NCBI GenBank assembly: GCA_003453215.1
Contig: DMMB01000069.1
Coordinates: forward strand, 22,810-86,809
Direction of reading: 5' to 3'
Source of the DNA: Oscillospiraceae bacterium
GTDB lineage: Bacteria; Bacillota; Clostridia; Oscillospirales; Ruminococcaceae
DNA length: 64,000 bases
The position numbers were made by a program, and so were the translations under genes. Shown here one piece after another: positions 19,342-29,711 of this stretch (positions within the stretch are counted from its first letter, which is position 1; each line of letters opens with the position of its first letter). The notes below the pieces were generated by a model. The model saw only the letters and a program-made list of their open reading frames with translations. It had not been told where the DNA came from and did no database searches.

Positions 19342-20592
19342 TTATCCGCCATTCCAGCCGTAAATTTTGATTAACTGCTGGTAAGTGTAAAAATAGGCGC
19401 CGGCGGGAAAATCGCACAAATCGCCGGTATTGGAGCAGATGAGATAATCTACCGTATTGCCGTCCTTATCGGTCAGCACGTCACTAATCATTACAATGTG
19501 GCGGAAATGATCGTTCCCCATTGCAATGACATCCCCCGCTTCGCCAGTATAGTACGGCGCCGCGGCATCCCCCACCAGCCCGCCGCCGGTATTGGCCGCC
19601 ACACAGCTTACAAAGGAATTGACCCCCGACCAGGAAGCAGTGCGGTTGCCCTCCCCAAACCAATACCATGCGCTGCCTGTGGTATCCATCGGCACGCCGC
19701 CGGCATGGATTGCCTGAGAAACAAAATTCATACAGTTGCCGCCATAGCGGTCGTACTCCGCCCATTCCCCGTTGCGTTCTCCTGCCCAGTGGCGGGCATA
19801 GGCTACGGCCGCGGCCCGGTCATAGGCATTTTGGGCGGTCATTGTCTCGGCCGGCTGTCCCTGCTGCGCCAGGCGGGCAGCCAGGTTCTCCTCCGCCAAA
19901 GTGCGCTGCTCCTCTACGGTGCTGTAGCCCACCTCAATGGGCGGTTTTGTTCCATCGGAAAGGCCGTTATCTTTTGCCACAAAACGCATAAAGGGATAAT
20001 AAGCGCTATCCCAGGCGGTATGCCGGCGGATCTTCCAGCCGGTTTCCTCGCTGCCTTCCAGCACAAAGCCCTGATACATCCCCAGTATTTTGCTATCGGC
20101 CGTCGGGCTGGCCGTAAAGTGCATGGTGGTATCCTCTTCGGTGCGCACCCGCACTGTACCATCCTCCTGCTGCTCCACTGCTGTACAGTTCAGTGTGGTT
20201 TTATAGTCCTGCAGCGTTAAATCGCTGAGAGAGGCCCGGCGAATTTCACAAAGCAGCGTCCATACATCCCGGTGCATTGCTGTCTGGTCTTCTTCGCTGA
20301 ATAGATCCGCACAGTCCAGCACCTCCAGCCGCCCCATCGATTGATAGTAGCATTCCATAAAAGCTGTGATAACCGCCTGCTGCCCCGCCGTCAGTTCCGC
20401 TGCGGCTTCGCCGGTTATGGTTACAGTGCCGGGAATGGTATTTTGCTGCGATTGTTCCAATTCTTCGGTGGGTGTCATTGTCGGTTCCGGCTGCTTTCCG
20501 TTACAGCCGGCCAGCGCCAGCAAAAAGGCCAGGCACAAAATAGCTGCCCTGTATTTTATATGGTTGGTATGCATTCGGTTGCTCCTTTCCAT
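19342..20592 (-). CDS. Lipoprotein with C-terminal putative amidase (Amidase_6-like) domain
   Basis: LAGC lipobox; YDRAAAVAYA, GGNCMNFVSQ, GDVI, H motifs. Confidence 0.82.
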   Translation of the reverse strand: MERSNRMHTNHIKYRAAILCLAFLLALAGCNGKQPEPTMTPTEELEQSQQNTIPGTVTITGEAAAELTAGQQAVITAFMECYYQSMGRLEVLDCADLFSEEDQTAMHRDVWTLLCEIRRASLSDLTLQDYKTTLNCTAVEQQEDGTVRVRTEEDTTMHFTASPTADSKILGMYQGFVLEGSEETGWKIRRHTAWDSAYYPFMRFVAKDNGLSDGTKPPIEVGYSTVEEQRTLAEENLAARLAQQGQPAETMTAQNAYDRAAAVAYARHWAGERNGEWAEYDRYGGNCMNFVSQAIHAGGVPMDTTGSAWYWFGEGNRTASWSGVNSFVSCVAANTGGGLVGDAAAPYYTGEAGDVIAMGNDHFRHIVMISDVLTDKDGNTVDYLICSNTGDLCDFPAGAYFYTYQQLIKIYGWNGG

Positions 20593-20741
20593 GAATCTAC
20601 ACTTTATATTATACTTTACAACCTAAAGCTGACTTTAAGGCAAGTCCCTATCCTGAAAATTCACATAAAATTCATGGTTAAGGGCAGCAAAAAACGCTGC
20701 AGGATCCCCCACAGCGCTTTTTATTCTGCTTTCTTATTCCA

Positions 20742-22388
20742 TCAGGCTTCCTGCAGTTCTTCATCCAACAGCGCCAAAATGGCTTTATCGGCACTGTAGA
20801 AGTAAGCCTCTTCGCCGACCAATTCCGTAATGCCCGCCCGGTCGAAATAGATCCGGACATCTTCGGCTACTCCGCAAAAAGCAATGGTATGTCCCTTTTG
20901 CAGCAGGTGTTGGCACAGTTCCAGCACCGCCTGCGCCCCGGAAACATCCACACTGGGCATCCCGCGCATGGAAAGAATCAGATGATCCTCCTCCGGCACC
21001 TCCTGCATCCGATGATTGAACTCATCCACAGCGCCAAAAAACAGCGAGCCGGTGACATACACCACCCCGGCAGAATCCAGTGCCGGAGATTTTCCGATGT
21101 CGCCGCGCAGCCGGCTGCTATCGATGGTGGAAAACGCCACATGAATACGGCTGCTTTTGGCCATATACAGGATAGCGGAATAAATGACTCCCAGCAGAAT
21201 GGCCACCGTCAAATTGAATACCACCGTAGCCAGCATGGTGATAAGGAACTGGCTGATGGCAGAAAGGAACCGATGCGAAAAGATATACCGGATCCCTGCC
21301 CAGTCATTCATACGCCAGGCGGTCACCATCAGCACCCCGGCCAAGGCAGCCAGTGGCAGCCGGGCCATTACCCCGCCCAGCAGGAACATGGAGGCCAAGA
21401 GGAATATGGAATGGAATACACTGGTGAGCCGTGTTTGCTGGCCGGATTTGACCGCCACGCTGGTACGGGCAATGGCTGCTGTGGCCGGCACCCCGCCAAA
21501 GAACGGCAGCAGCATATTGCCAAGCCCCTGGGCAATCAATTCCTGATCGGCACTGAACGGTTCATTTTTCATTCGTGCGGCCGAAGCCCCGCATAGCAGG
21601 CTTTCTATCATGCCCAGCGCCGCTATGGTTACCGCCGGCGAAATAATTCCGGAGAGCATTTCAAGGTTCAGGCCGGAAAGACTCAGACGATCCGCCAACA
21701 GCAGGGTCCGGGGAATATCCCCCACCACCGCCAGATGATCCAGCCCCAGCAGCGCGGCGGCCACAGCGGCCGCAATAATTCCCACCAGCGAGCCGGGAAT
21801 CTTTGTCCCCCACTTTTTGGGCCATACCAGCATAATGAAAACCACCAGCAGTCCGATGCCTACCGCCTGCCAGTTGGGATGAAACCCCAGCCGTCCATAG
21901 GAAAGCAGCTTTTCCAGGTTGCTGCTGCCCTGCGAGGCAGTCCCGAAAAAGTTATCAATCTGCCCCATTGCAATGATAATGGCAATACCGGAAGTAAAGC
22001 CCATGATGACCGGCATGGGGATAAAGCTAATCAGGCGTCCCAATTTTAGCAGGCCGGCCGCCAGCATCAGTACCCCAGCGGCAAAGCAGGCAAAAAATAC
22101 GCCCTGCAGCCCATATTGTGCCACAATCCCGATCAGCACCGCACTCATGGCGCCAGTGGGGCCAGAAATTTGATAAGACGCGCCGCCCAGCAGGCCGATC
22201 ACAATCCCCGCTATAATGGCTGTAACCAGTCCGGCGGCAGCGGTTGCCCCGGAGCTCACACCGAACGCCAAAGCCAGCGGCAGTGCTACGGCACACACCG
22301 TCAAGCCGGCCATCATATCCTTCAGCAGTCGGGCCGTATTATAGCCGCTGAATTCCTTACGAATATTCCCCAAAAATGATGTCAACAT
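20742..22388 (-). CDS. SulP family anion transporter with STAS domain
   Basis: DMMAGLTV..VALPLALAFG, ISGPTG, ESLL, C-term GSLFFG STAS. Confidence 0.94.
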   Translation of the reverse strand: MLTSFLGNIRKEFSGYNTARLLKDMMAGLTVCAVALPLALAFGVSSGATAAAGLVTAIIAGIVIGLLGGASYQISGPTGAMSAVLIGIVAQYGLQGVFFACFAAGVLMLAAGLLKLGRLISFIPMPVIMGFTSGIAIIIAMGQIDNFFGTASQGSSNLEKLLSYGRLGFHPNWQAVGIGLLVVFIMLVWPKKWGTKIPGSLVGIIAAAVAAALLGLDHLAVVGDIPRTLLLADRLSLSGLNLEMLSGIISPAVTIAALGMIESLLCGASAARMKNEPFSADQELIAQGLGNMLLPFFGGVPATAAIARTSVAVKSGQQTRLTSVFHSIFLLASMFLLGGVMARLPLAALAGVLMVTAWRMNDWAGIRYIFSHRFLSAISQFLITMLATVVFNLTVAILLGVIYSAILYMAKSSRIHVAFSTIDSSRLRGDIGKSPALDSAGVVYVTGSLFFGAVDEFNHRMQEVPEEDHLILSMRGMPSVDVSGAQAVLELCQHLLQKGHTIAFCGVAEDVRIYFDRAGITELVGEEAYFYSADKAILALLDEELQEA

Positions 22389-22599
22389 AGTGTCCTCCTT
22401 GTCAAAAGCTTTCCTACTATATCACCTTGGAATACCCATGACAAGGTCTTTTTTCAAAACCGTTATTTCAGCAAAAATTTCCGCCGAATCCGTTGTTTTT
22501 CTATCAATTTATCCTCCCAAATATCCAAAAAGAATGGGCATTCCGTTGCCGCGGAACACCCATCACCTTGTATTCTGGGGGGCGCGCCCCCAAAGATAT

Positions 22600-22989
22600 T
22601 TACTCCAGATTTTCCTGCGGAGCAAGCGTTTTTACCCCAAAGCAGAAATAAACCACATGGAACACCCAAACGCAGCCCAGCACAATACAGCCGATGGTGA
22701 TGCCCTTTATCCCCATTACCACCAGTCCTATGCTCATCAGCAGGGTTACAGTCACCATAATGCGCAGTTTGGTCTTCCGGGTCATGCCGCGCCCGGCAAC
22801 AAAATCCTCCAGATTATCTTTATAAAGTTTGGTTTCCTTAAACCAGCGGTCCAGCCGCTCGGAACTTCTGGCAAAGCAGAATGCGGCCAGCATTAAGAAT
22901 GGAAACGTGGGCAGCATGGGTAGCACTGCGCCCACCGCGCCCAGGCCTACCCCTATGCACCCCAGAATTACATACAGTATCTTTTTCAT
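22600..22989 (-). CDS. YbaN (DUF454) family membrane protein
   Basis: GAVGAVLPMLPTFPFLMLAAFCFARSS; start at MKKILY. Confidence 0.88.
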   Translation of the reverse strand: MKKILYVILGCIGVGLGAVGAVLPMLPTFPFLMLAAFCFARSSERLDRWFKETKLYKDNLEDFVAGRGMTRKTKLRIMVTVTLLMSIGLVVMGIKGITIGCIVLGCVWVFHVVYFCFGVKTLAPQENLE

Positions 22990-23327
22990 TGGTTCCTTTC
23001 CCTTTCCAGGCGTTTTTTCTCCTTTTTGCTTTCTATCACATGGCGCAGTGCCATCACCGGGTGATAAAAGATCATTCGCGGGCCGGAAAAGCGCATCACT
23101 TCCCGGATTTTCTCCCGCATTTCCGGGCGGTAGCAGTGCACGCGGCAATTACTGCAAAAAGTTTTGGTTTCCATAAAGGGGCACCGTTCGCTGCGCTGCC
23201 GGGCATAGTCCGCCAGGGCGGCACATTCGGGGCACAGGTTCAAGCCGCCATGCTTTTTGCGGCAGTACGGAGCAATCATCTGCGTTACCGTTTCTATTTC
23301 CCGCGTCCGTTTATCCTGCACATTCAT
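22986..23327 (-). CDS. YgbA / nitrous oxide-stimulated promoter family protein
   Basis: KRTREIETV..MI..YC, CPFMETKTFCSNCRVHCY, VMRFSGPRM. Confidence 0.9.
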   Translation of the reverse strand: MNVQDKRTREIETVTQMIAPYCRKKHGGLNLCPECAALADYARQRSERCPFMETKTFCSNCRVHCYRPEMREKIREVMRFSGPRMIFYHPVMALRHVIESKKEKKRLERERNQ

Positions 23328-24967
23328 CAGCTTGTCCTCCCATGCTCCACCGAATATACCCGATCGGCAATCCCCATGGTAGAGCGTCGATGAGAAACCA
23401 ATACCACCGTTTTTCCTTCCCGTTCCTCGTGCAGCGATTTGAGAATGACCGCTTCGTTCAGACTATCCAGGTTGGAGGTCGGTTCATCCAGCAGCATCAG
23501 CGGGGCATTGTGCAGGAAGGCCCGGGCCAACCCCAACCGCTGGCGTTCACCGCCGGAAAGGGTGTCTCCCAGTTCGCCCACCGGGGTATCGTAGCCCTGC
23601 GGCAGGCTCATGATAAAATCATGCACCGAAGCCTTTTGGCAGGCTGCTATCATCTGTTCCTCTGTTGCTTCCAAATTGGCAATTTTGAGATTGTTCCGAA
23701 TGGAATCATGGAACAGGTGCGTTTCCTGCGTCACAAAGCTTTCCATTTCCCGCAGATTTGCGGTATTAATCTTCTCGACGCTTTGGCCGGAAAGGCTGAC
23801 GGTGCCCTGCTGCACCTGCCAGAACCGCATCAGCAGCTTTAATAGGGTGGATTTTCCGCTGCCGCTGCGCCCCACAATTCCTGTAATTTTGTTTTCCGGA
23901 ATTTCCACCGAAAGATCATCCAGAATTTTTTCCTCGCCATAGGCAAATGTTACCCGTTCGGCTGCCGCACCATGGAACGTAATTTCCGGCTGGGCCGTCA
24001 CTTCCTCCACCACCGGGGTTTCTTCCAGAATATCCATCACCCGGTTGCCGGCGGCAAAGGTGCTTTGCAGCGTGGAACCCAGCGCTGCCAGCGCAATGCA
24101 AGGACCAAAAGAACTCATCAGTGCCAGAGTACAGATAAGCGTTCCCTCAAAGGAGCAAAGTCTGGCCGAAAGCAGCAGCATTGCCAGATCAAAAAGCAAA
24201 ATAACGGTATTGGTGATCGCGGTGTTGCGGCCAGCCGTACGCTTCATGCGTTCTTCTTCCGCCGCCAGCGCATCGGTACGGCGGTTCATTTCCTGCCGGC
24301 GGACTTCCCCCTGCCCATACTGCAGCGTTTCGCTTAAGCCGCGCAGCGAATCCAGCACAAAGCCGGCCAGCTCGCCGGAACCTTTGCGGAAACGCAGTCC
24401 ATCCTCTCCGGAAAGGCGGGAGGTCACCAATGGGATAGCCACCCCTACCGTAAGGTACGCCGCCAGCGCCAGCAGGCCCAGGCCCACGTGGTACCGCCCA
24501 ATAAAGGCCACCATTGCCCCACTGAACAGTACCGCAATGCAGATGGGCGAAATGGTGTGTGCATAGAAAACCTCCAGCAATTCAATATCGCTGGTAATGA
24601 TATTAATCAGGTCGCCTTTATCGCGTCCCTCCAGCTTGGCCGGGCACAGCCGCCGCAGCGCGCCAAAGACTTTATCCCGAATAAGTGCCAACAGCTTAAA
24701 GGCAATAAAATGGTTGCAGGATTGTTCCGCATAACGCAAAAAGCCCCGCACCAGCGCAAAAAGAAGCACCGCCGTAAAAATAAAGGTCAGGCTCATACTT
24801 TCATTTAAGTGCAGCACATTCAGCACCGCATACCCGCCAAAGACCGTAATCAGCGCCGCGCACAGGTGCCCGATGAGTCCCATCAGTACCGCCAGCACCA
24901 TATAGCCTGCCAGCGGCTTCACCAGGCCGATCAACCGGGCCATTACTTTCCAACCGCTTCGTTTCAT
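23327..24967 (-). CDS. ABC transporter permease/ATPase (CydC-like)
   Basis: TM domain, GRSGSGKST, LSGGERQR, LDEPT; start at MKRSGW. Confidence 0.9.
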   Translation of the reverse strand: MKRSGWKVMARLIGLVKPLAGYMVLAVLMGLIGHLCAALITVFGGYAVLNVLHLNESMSLTFIFTAVLLFALVRGFLRYAEQSCNHFIAFKLLALIRDKVFGALRRLCPAKLEGRDKGDLINIITSDIELLEVFYAHTISPICIAVLFSGAMVAFIGRYHVGLGLLALAAYLTVGVAIPLVTSRLSGEDGLRFRKGSGELAGFVLDSLRGLSETLQYGQGEVRRQEMNRRTDALAAEEERMKRTAGRNTAITNTVILLFDLAMLLLSARLCSFEGTLICTLALMSSFGPCIALAALGSTLQSTFAAGNRVMDILEETPVVEEVTAQPEITFHGAAAERVTFAYGEEKILDDLSVEIPENKITGIVGRSGSGKSTLLKLLMRFWQVQQGTVSLSGQSVEKINTANLREMESFVTQETHLFHDSIRNNLKIANLEATEEQMIAACQKASVHDFIMSLPQGYDTPVGELGDTLSGGERQRLGLARAFLHNAPLMLLDEPTSNLDSLNEAVILKSLHEEREGKTVVLVSHRRSTMGIADRVYSVEHGRTS

Positions 24968-26715
24968 TGGGACTTCCCCCCTTCCACATAGTGTTCCAGT
25001 TCCTGCTGGGTGTTCCACAGCTGGGCATACCGGCCGCCCGCCGCCAGCAGGGCTTTGTGGGTGCCGCTTTGCACCATCTGTCCTTTTTCCATTACATAGA
25101 TGCGATCCGCCGTCACAACATTGGCCAGCCGATGAGAGATTAAAATTACGGTTTTGCGGCCGGCCAGGCGGTGAATTTCCGCCATAATATCATTTTCACT
25201 CTCCACATCAATATTGGAGGTTGCTTCATCAAAGAGGTAAACAGGGCTATCGTGCAGCAGGGCCCGGGCCAGCGCCAACCGCTGGCATTGGCCGCCGGAA
25301 AAGTTGCTTCCCTTTTCCGCCAGTTTGGTCTCCAGGCCTTCTTCCCCCCGCAGAAAATCGGCCAGCCGCACCTGTTCCAACACCTGCCACAGCGTTTCAT
25401 CCGCTGTCCCGGGGGCGGCCATCAGTAGGTTTTCCCGCACCGTACCCTTAAAGAGATAGCTTTGGTGACTGATATAGGTAAAATGCTCCATCAGGCTTTC
25501 TTCACTGATCTCGCTCAGCGGAACACCGCCCACTGTCAGTTCTCCGCTCCAGCCTTTATTTTTGCCCATCAGCACCGCTGCAATGGTCGATTTTCCGCAG
25601 CCGCTTTCTCCCACAATGGCAGTAAAGCTGCCCTGGGGAATCTCCATATCCACCCCATGCAGGATTTCCCGCTGTGCTTCATAGCCAAAGCGCAGTCCGC
25701 GCATCTTTATGCTGCAGTCCTCCGGCACCAGCGTTGTTTTCCGGGCCGGCTCCGGCAGATCCAACAGCCGGAAGATCTTATCGCTGGCCGCCATGCCGTT
25801 CATGGCAATGTGGAAATAAGAGCCCAGCACCCGCATCGGCAAAAAGAAATCCGCCGCCAACAGGATAATCATCAGGCAGCCCGCCAGATCTACCCGGCCG
25901 GACCGTAGCTGGGTCGTCGCCAGAATAACCCCCAGCGCTGCGCCGCCATAGGCGATCAAATCCATAATGGTAATGGAATTTAGCTGCATCGTCAGCACTT
26001 TCATGGTGATTTTACGAAAATGCTCCGATTGCTCGTTCATCTCCCGGTGCTTATATTCATCGGATTGATAGATTTTGGTGGTGGTTAATCCCTGCAAATT
26101 TTCCAAAAAGGTATCTCCCAGCGCCGTATATTGGCCCCAGTATTTGGCCAGCAGTTTTTTGGCCCAGCGCTGCACCGCCACAATCGTCACCGGAATTAAC
26201 GGTACGCACACCAGCAACACGGCAGCGGCCGGCAGGCTGATAAAGCTAAGCACCGCAAAAAGGGTAAGCGGCGCCAGCATGGCATAGAAAAACTGCGGCA
26301 GATAGGCGCCAAAATAGGTTTCCAGCTGATCTACTCCTTCCACCGCCACCTGCACCACTTCACTGGTCTGTACCTGCTCCCGGTAGGCGGTTCCCAGCCG
26401 CAGCAGCTTGCCATAGATCTGCTCCCGCAGGGTACGCTTCACCGTTTTAGCACTCAGGTAGCTCATACGGCTGGCCATGCGGGCGCACAGGTAACGAATG
26501 CCCACCGCGCCGGCCGCTATCCCCGCCGTCACCGCCAGCACATGGCCATCCGCCGTCCCCTGGTACAGCCGCTGCAGCAGGTGCGCTATTGCACCCATCA
26601 TGGCAATATTCGCCGCCAGCGCCAACCACTGACATCCTACATTGCCGGCTATGTACTTTTTACTCTCCTGCACCGTCCCAATCAGACTTTTATTTACCAT
26701 CATCGCAGCCATCAT
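24964..26715 (-). CDS. ABC transporter permease/ATPase (CydD-like)
   Basis: EGVDQLETYFGAYLPQ, GESGCGKST, FSGGQCQR. Confidence 0.9.
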   Translation of the reverse strand: MMAAMMVNKSLIGTVQESKKYIAGNVGCQWLALAANIAMMGAIAHLLQRLYQGTADGHVLAVTAGIAAGAVGIRYLCARMASRMSYLSAKTVKRTLREQIYGKLLRLGTAYREQVQTSEVVQVAVEGVDQLETYFGAYLPQFFYAMLAPLTLFAVLSFISLPAAAVLLVCVPLIPVTIVAVQRWAKKLLAKYWGQYTALGDTFLENLQGLTTTKIYQSDEYKHREMNEQSEHFRKITMKVLTMQLNSITIMDLIAYGGAALGVILATTQLRSGRVDLAGCLMIILLAADFFLPMRVLGSYFHIAMNGMAASDKIFRLLDLPEPARKTTLVPEDCSIKMRGLRFGYEAQREILHGVDMEIPQGSFTAIVGESGCGKSTIAAVLMGKNKGWSGELTVGGVPLSEISEESLMEHFTYISHQSYLFKGTVRENLLMAAPGTADETLWQVLEQVRLADFLRGEEGLETKLAEKGSNFSGGQCQRLALARALLHDSPVYLFDEATSNIDVESENDIMAEIHRLAGRKTVILISHRLANVVTADRIYVMEKGQMVQSGTHKALLAAGGRYAQLWNTQQELEHYVEGGKSQ

Positions 26716-26750
26716 CCTGTTCTTTTTAATGTTGAAACTTCCATTTTTTA

Positions 26751-26820
26751 GTTAGCGTAAGCTAACCGTTTTTCAAAAAATAATGCGCCCTCCGTTTCTC
26801 GTCTGTTAGGCACAGCTAAC
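26751..26820. promoter_or_regulatory. Two GTTAG-N6-CTAAC operator boxes downstream of the leftward promoter
   Basis: GTTAGCGTAAGCTAAC (26751-66) and GTTAGGCACAGCTAAC (26805-20). Confidence 0.75.
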
Positions 26821-26889
26821 CAGTATAATATCATGTTCCTTTTTTCTGTCAACCGCCCGAAAGCTTGTACTTTTTCCCATCTATTCGGC

Positions 26890-26918
26890 TTGACAAAAGG
26901 CCGCTCTCCGCCTATAAT
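26890..26918 (+). promoter_or_regulatory. Consensus sigma-A promoter
   Basis: TTGACA-N17-TATAAT exact. Confidence 0.8.
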
Positions 26919-26973
26919 ATGAGCCATCCGGAGACGGTATCGCTGCCATGGGCAGCTTTTTAAAGCACCGACA

Positions 26974-26989
26974 GTTAGTCTTGGCTAAC
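26974..26989. promoter_or_regulatory. Third GTTAG-N6-CTAAC box
   Basis: GTTAGTCTTGGCTAAC just before the RBS of the 27012 gene. Confidence 0.75.
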
Positions 26990-27011
26990 TTTATGGAAAA
27001 GGAGTGTTTCT

Positions 27012-27656
27012 ATGAAATATGCGGGAATGCCCTGGAGTGTGTGGTTGGTATTTGGTTCTTCCTTCCGGAAGCACCTTTGCACCTGTTTTGGCCTTACTGC
27101 GCAGCAGGCAAGGGATGTTGCCCAACGTGCACACCGGAAATACCGGGAAATCATTGCCGAGCTGCCGGAATTTGAAAAAGAGGATCGCTTCTCTCTTAAT
27201 ATCATCCACTGCGCTATGCTGTGTGCCTTTATTCTGTGTATGCCGCAGCGCCCCGATGTAGAAACCCTGACCACTTATTACGCCGAGGCCACCATGACCC
27301 CTCTTATGAAGTGGTTCTGCCGCCAAAGCGGTAAAACCAAATTTACGACAAAGGATATGGAAAATATGCGCCGGACGGAGGCCCTGCGGGCCGGCGATCG
27401 CAACCCTTATTTCTGGAATATGGAACTGCTCCCCTATGCCGATGGCAGCGGCTATGAAGCGCGCTTTACCTGCTGCGGCATTTGTGCCCTCACCAAAAAG
27501 CTGGGGCTTTACGACCTGACCCCCGCTCTGTGCCACCTGGATTACACCATGGGGGAAGCAGGCGGTGCCGCCCAGTTTGTCCGACAGTACACTCTGGCTA
27601 CCGGCGGGCCGTACTGCGATTGCGGCTATGTCAAAAAATCCGCTTCCTCCCAATAA
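27012..27656 (+). CDS. L-2-amino-thiazoline-4-carboxylate hydrolase-like family protein
   Basis: FTCCGIC...LC.LDY...RQYTLATGGPYCD C-terminal signature. Confidence 0.78.
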   Translation: MKYAGMPWSVWLVFGSSFRKHLCTCFGLTAQQARDVAQRAHRKYREIIAELPEFEKEDRFSLNIIHCAMLCAFILCMPQRPDVETLTTYYAEATMTPLMKWFCRQSGKTKFTTKDMENMRRTEALRAGDRNPYFWNMELLPYADGSGYEARFTCCGICALTKKLGLYDLTPALCHLDYTMGEAGGAAQFVRQYTLATGGPYCDCGYVKKSASSQ

Positions 27657-27725
27657 TTCCCCACGCCAAAATCCCCTGTGCCGGTTGCTGCCAGCACAGG
27701 GGTACTTTTTTATCCTTTTTTCTTT

Positions 27726-28298
27726 TTACAGGCTGGCCGGGTCAATATGAAACTTTGCCTGCAGGAAGTACCGGTATTCCGGGTGGTCCTCCGCCTGGCG
27801 GTACTCCTCCCGCACCGTCCGTCCACTCCAGTCCGCTTCTTTTTCGGTCATTTCTTCGTAACGGCGCAGCACCAGCAGACCCTCCCGCTCTGCCTGCAAA
27901 ATGGCTTCCAACGCATCGGGAATATACTCACAGCCTGTCACCGCCACCGGCCCGCGAGAGGTCACCGTATCCATAATCTGCACCGGCGGGCCGCGTCGGA
28001 TCACCCGCTCCGCCGTATAGATATAGCCGGAAACACCGCGGTAGGTCTCCTCCAGCGCATGGGGGTAGTATTCCTCAATCCGTTGGCGGCCGTCTTCCGT
28101 AAAGCCATAAGGTCCCCACTTTTTCCAGGGGCCGTTGTAATCAAAGCCGGTTTCCCGGCAGTATTTTTCCACGGCGTTGCTCAGGTACACCAGGGTGTTT
28201 TCCCGTTTTTGTGAAAAGTACAGCAGCGAGATGCCATGGTTGGAAATGTGCGGCCGCAGCTCGGTCAATCCCCCCACGGGAGAAGCATGATACAGCAT
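27726..28298 (-). CDS. Hypothetical protein (possible ADP-ribosyltransferase-like fold)
   Basis: RBS AAGGAGG; LYHAS, LLYFS, GYIY strand-like motifs. Confidence 0.7.
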   Translation of the reverse strand: MLYHASPVGGLTELRPHISNHGISLLYFSQKRENTLVYLSNAVEKYCRETGFDYNGPWKKWGPYGFTEDGRQRIEEYYPHALEETYRGVSGYIYTAERVIRRGPPVQIMDTVTSRGPVAVTGCEYIPDALEAILQAEREGLLVLRRYEEMTEKEADWSGRTVREEYRQAEDHPEYRYFLQAKFHIDPASL

Positions 28299-28307
28299 AT
28301 TTCCTCC

Positions 28308-28757
28308 TTATCCCTGCCGCTGACCGCGGAAAAATTCCGAAAGCAGTGCCGAGCACTCCTCTGCCAGCACGCCGGCTGTCAGTTTCGGCGCCGCCCCCAA
28401 ATCCAGATGCGCCAGATTTAGCCGGGAACCCAAACACCCGTATTGCGGATCCGCCGCCCCATATACCACCTGTCCTACCCGCGCATTCAGGATGACTCCA
28501 CTGCACATCGGGCAGGGTTCCAGCGTGACATACAGCGTGCAGTCCTCCAGCCGCCAGTCCCCGCGGGCGCGGCAGGCCCCCTCAATGGCACGCACTTCGG
28601 CGTGTCCCAGCGGAGAACGGGTTGCTTCCCGGTCATTGCAGGCCGCCGCCAGCACAGTATCGCCGCATACCACCACTGCCCCCACCGGAATTTCCCCGGC
28701 AGCGGCAGCTTTGCGGGCTTCGGCCAGCGCCATACGCATATAGGCTTCGTGGTTCAT
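28308..28757 (-). CDS. tadA: tRNA adenosine(34) deaminase
   Basis: GEIPVGAVVV, HAE, LYVTLEPCPMCSG. Confidence 0.9.
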   Translation of the reverse strand: MNHEAYMRMALAEARKAAAAGEIPVGAVVVCGDTVLAAACNDREATRSPLGHAEVRAIEGACRARGDWRLEDCTLYVTLEPCPMCSGVILNARVGQVVYGAADPQYGCLGSRLNLAHLDLGAAPKLTAGVLAEECSALLSEFFRGQRQG

Positions 28758-28787
28758 GGGCAACTCCTTTCGGGGATCATGCTTTAT

Positions 28788-29687
28788 TCAATGAACAGGG
28801 TACAGCAGGGCATTGCCCAGCAGCAGAAGCAGCGCCAGCGCCAGTGGAACGGTCATGCCCTGCCGAATATTTCCCGGCTGTGGCAAGCGGTGCGGCAAAC
28901 GACGCAGCATTAAAACAGCCACCGCACCCCATATCAATAGCACCGCCGGTAAAATTACCGTCGTCACCGGCGAGGGGTGGTAGGTGGTCAGCCACGCAAC
29001 CACATTATTGCACAGATGGATCAAAATCCCCCAGCGCAGTGTCCCGGTATAAAAAGTCACTGCCCCCAGCAGCAGCCCGGCCGCCAGGGCCGGCAGCCAT
29101 TGGGTCAGGCTGCCATGGGCCCCCATAAACAGCAGAGCCGAAAGCCAGATGGCCGCCGTTTCTCCCGCCGGCCGTAGCGCGTGCAACACCGCCCCACGGA
29201 ACAGCAGTTCCTCCATTACGGCCGGCAGCAGGATGGCCCCCACCAGAGAGAGCACCAGTGCCGGCGTACTTTGGGGCAGCGCCGCCGGGGCAAAGCGATC
29301 CGCCTCCGAAAAAAGACGCTGCAGCAGCATCGTCAACAAGTTGGCCCCCAGCAGCACCGCCAGGCCGGCCGGCAGCAGCCACAGGCTGCCGTTTTTCCCC
29401 CGTTTTAGGGGGCACAGCGCCACCATGGGCTGCCGCAGCAGCCGCAGGATCACCACCAACGGCAATCCCAGCATCACCAGCTGCAGCAGCAGGCCTATTC
29501 CGGCCGCTGCTGTTTCCGGCAGCAAAGTCAGCCATTCCCGCTCCAGCCACGCCTTTCCCTGCATGGTCAGCCACAGTACCAGCATACCGCCGCCCGCGGC
29601 GGCACTTCCGCTGCGGTATCTTTTATCCTGCGGCACCGGCGTTGCCCCCTTTCCTCTCTGCACGTAAAGCGGCGCCCTCCCTATCAA
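28788..29687 (-). CDS. CPBP (CAAX/Abi) intramembrane metalloprotease; start uncertain
   Basis: EELLFRG, FMGAH, H..NN motifs in a multi-TM protein. Confidence 0.85.
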   Translation of the reverse strand: MIGRAPLYVQRGKGATPVPQDKRYRSGSAAAGGGMLVLWLTMQGKAWLEREWLTLLPETAAAGIGLLLQLVMLGLPLVVILRLLRQPMVALCPLKRGKNGSLWLLPAGLAVLLGANLLTMLLQRLFSEADRFAPAALPQSTPALVLSLVGAILLPAVMEELLFRGAVLHALRPAGETAAIWLSALLFMGAHGSLTQWLPALAAGLLLGAVTFYTGTLRWGILIHLCNNVVAWLTTYHPSPVTTVILPAVLLIWGAVAVLMLRRLPHRLPQPGNIRQGMTVPLALALLLLLGNALLYPVH

Positions 29688-29711
29688 GAGGGGGGAGCGC
29701 CGACGCCTTAC

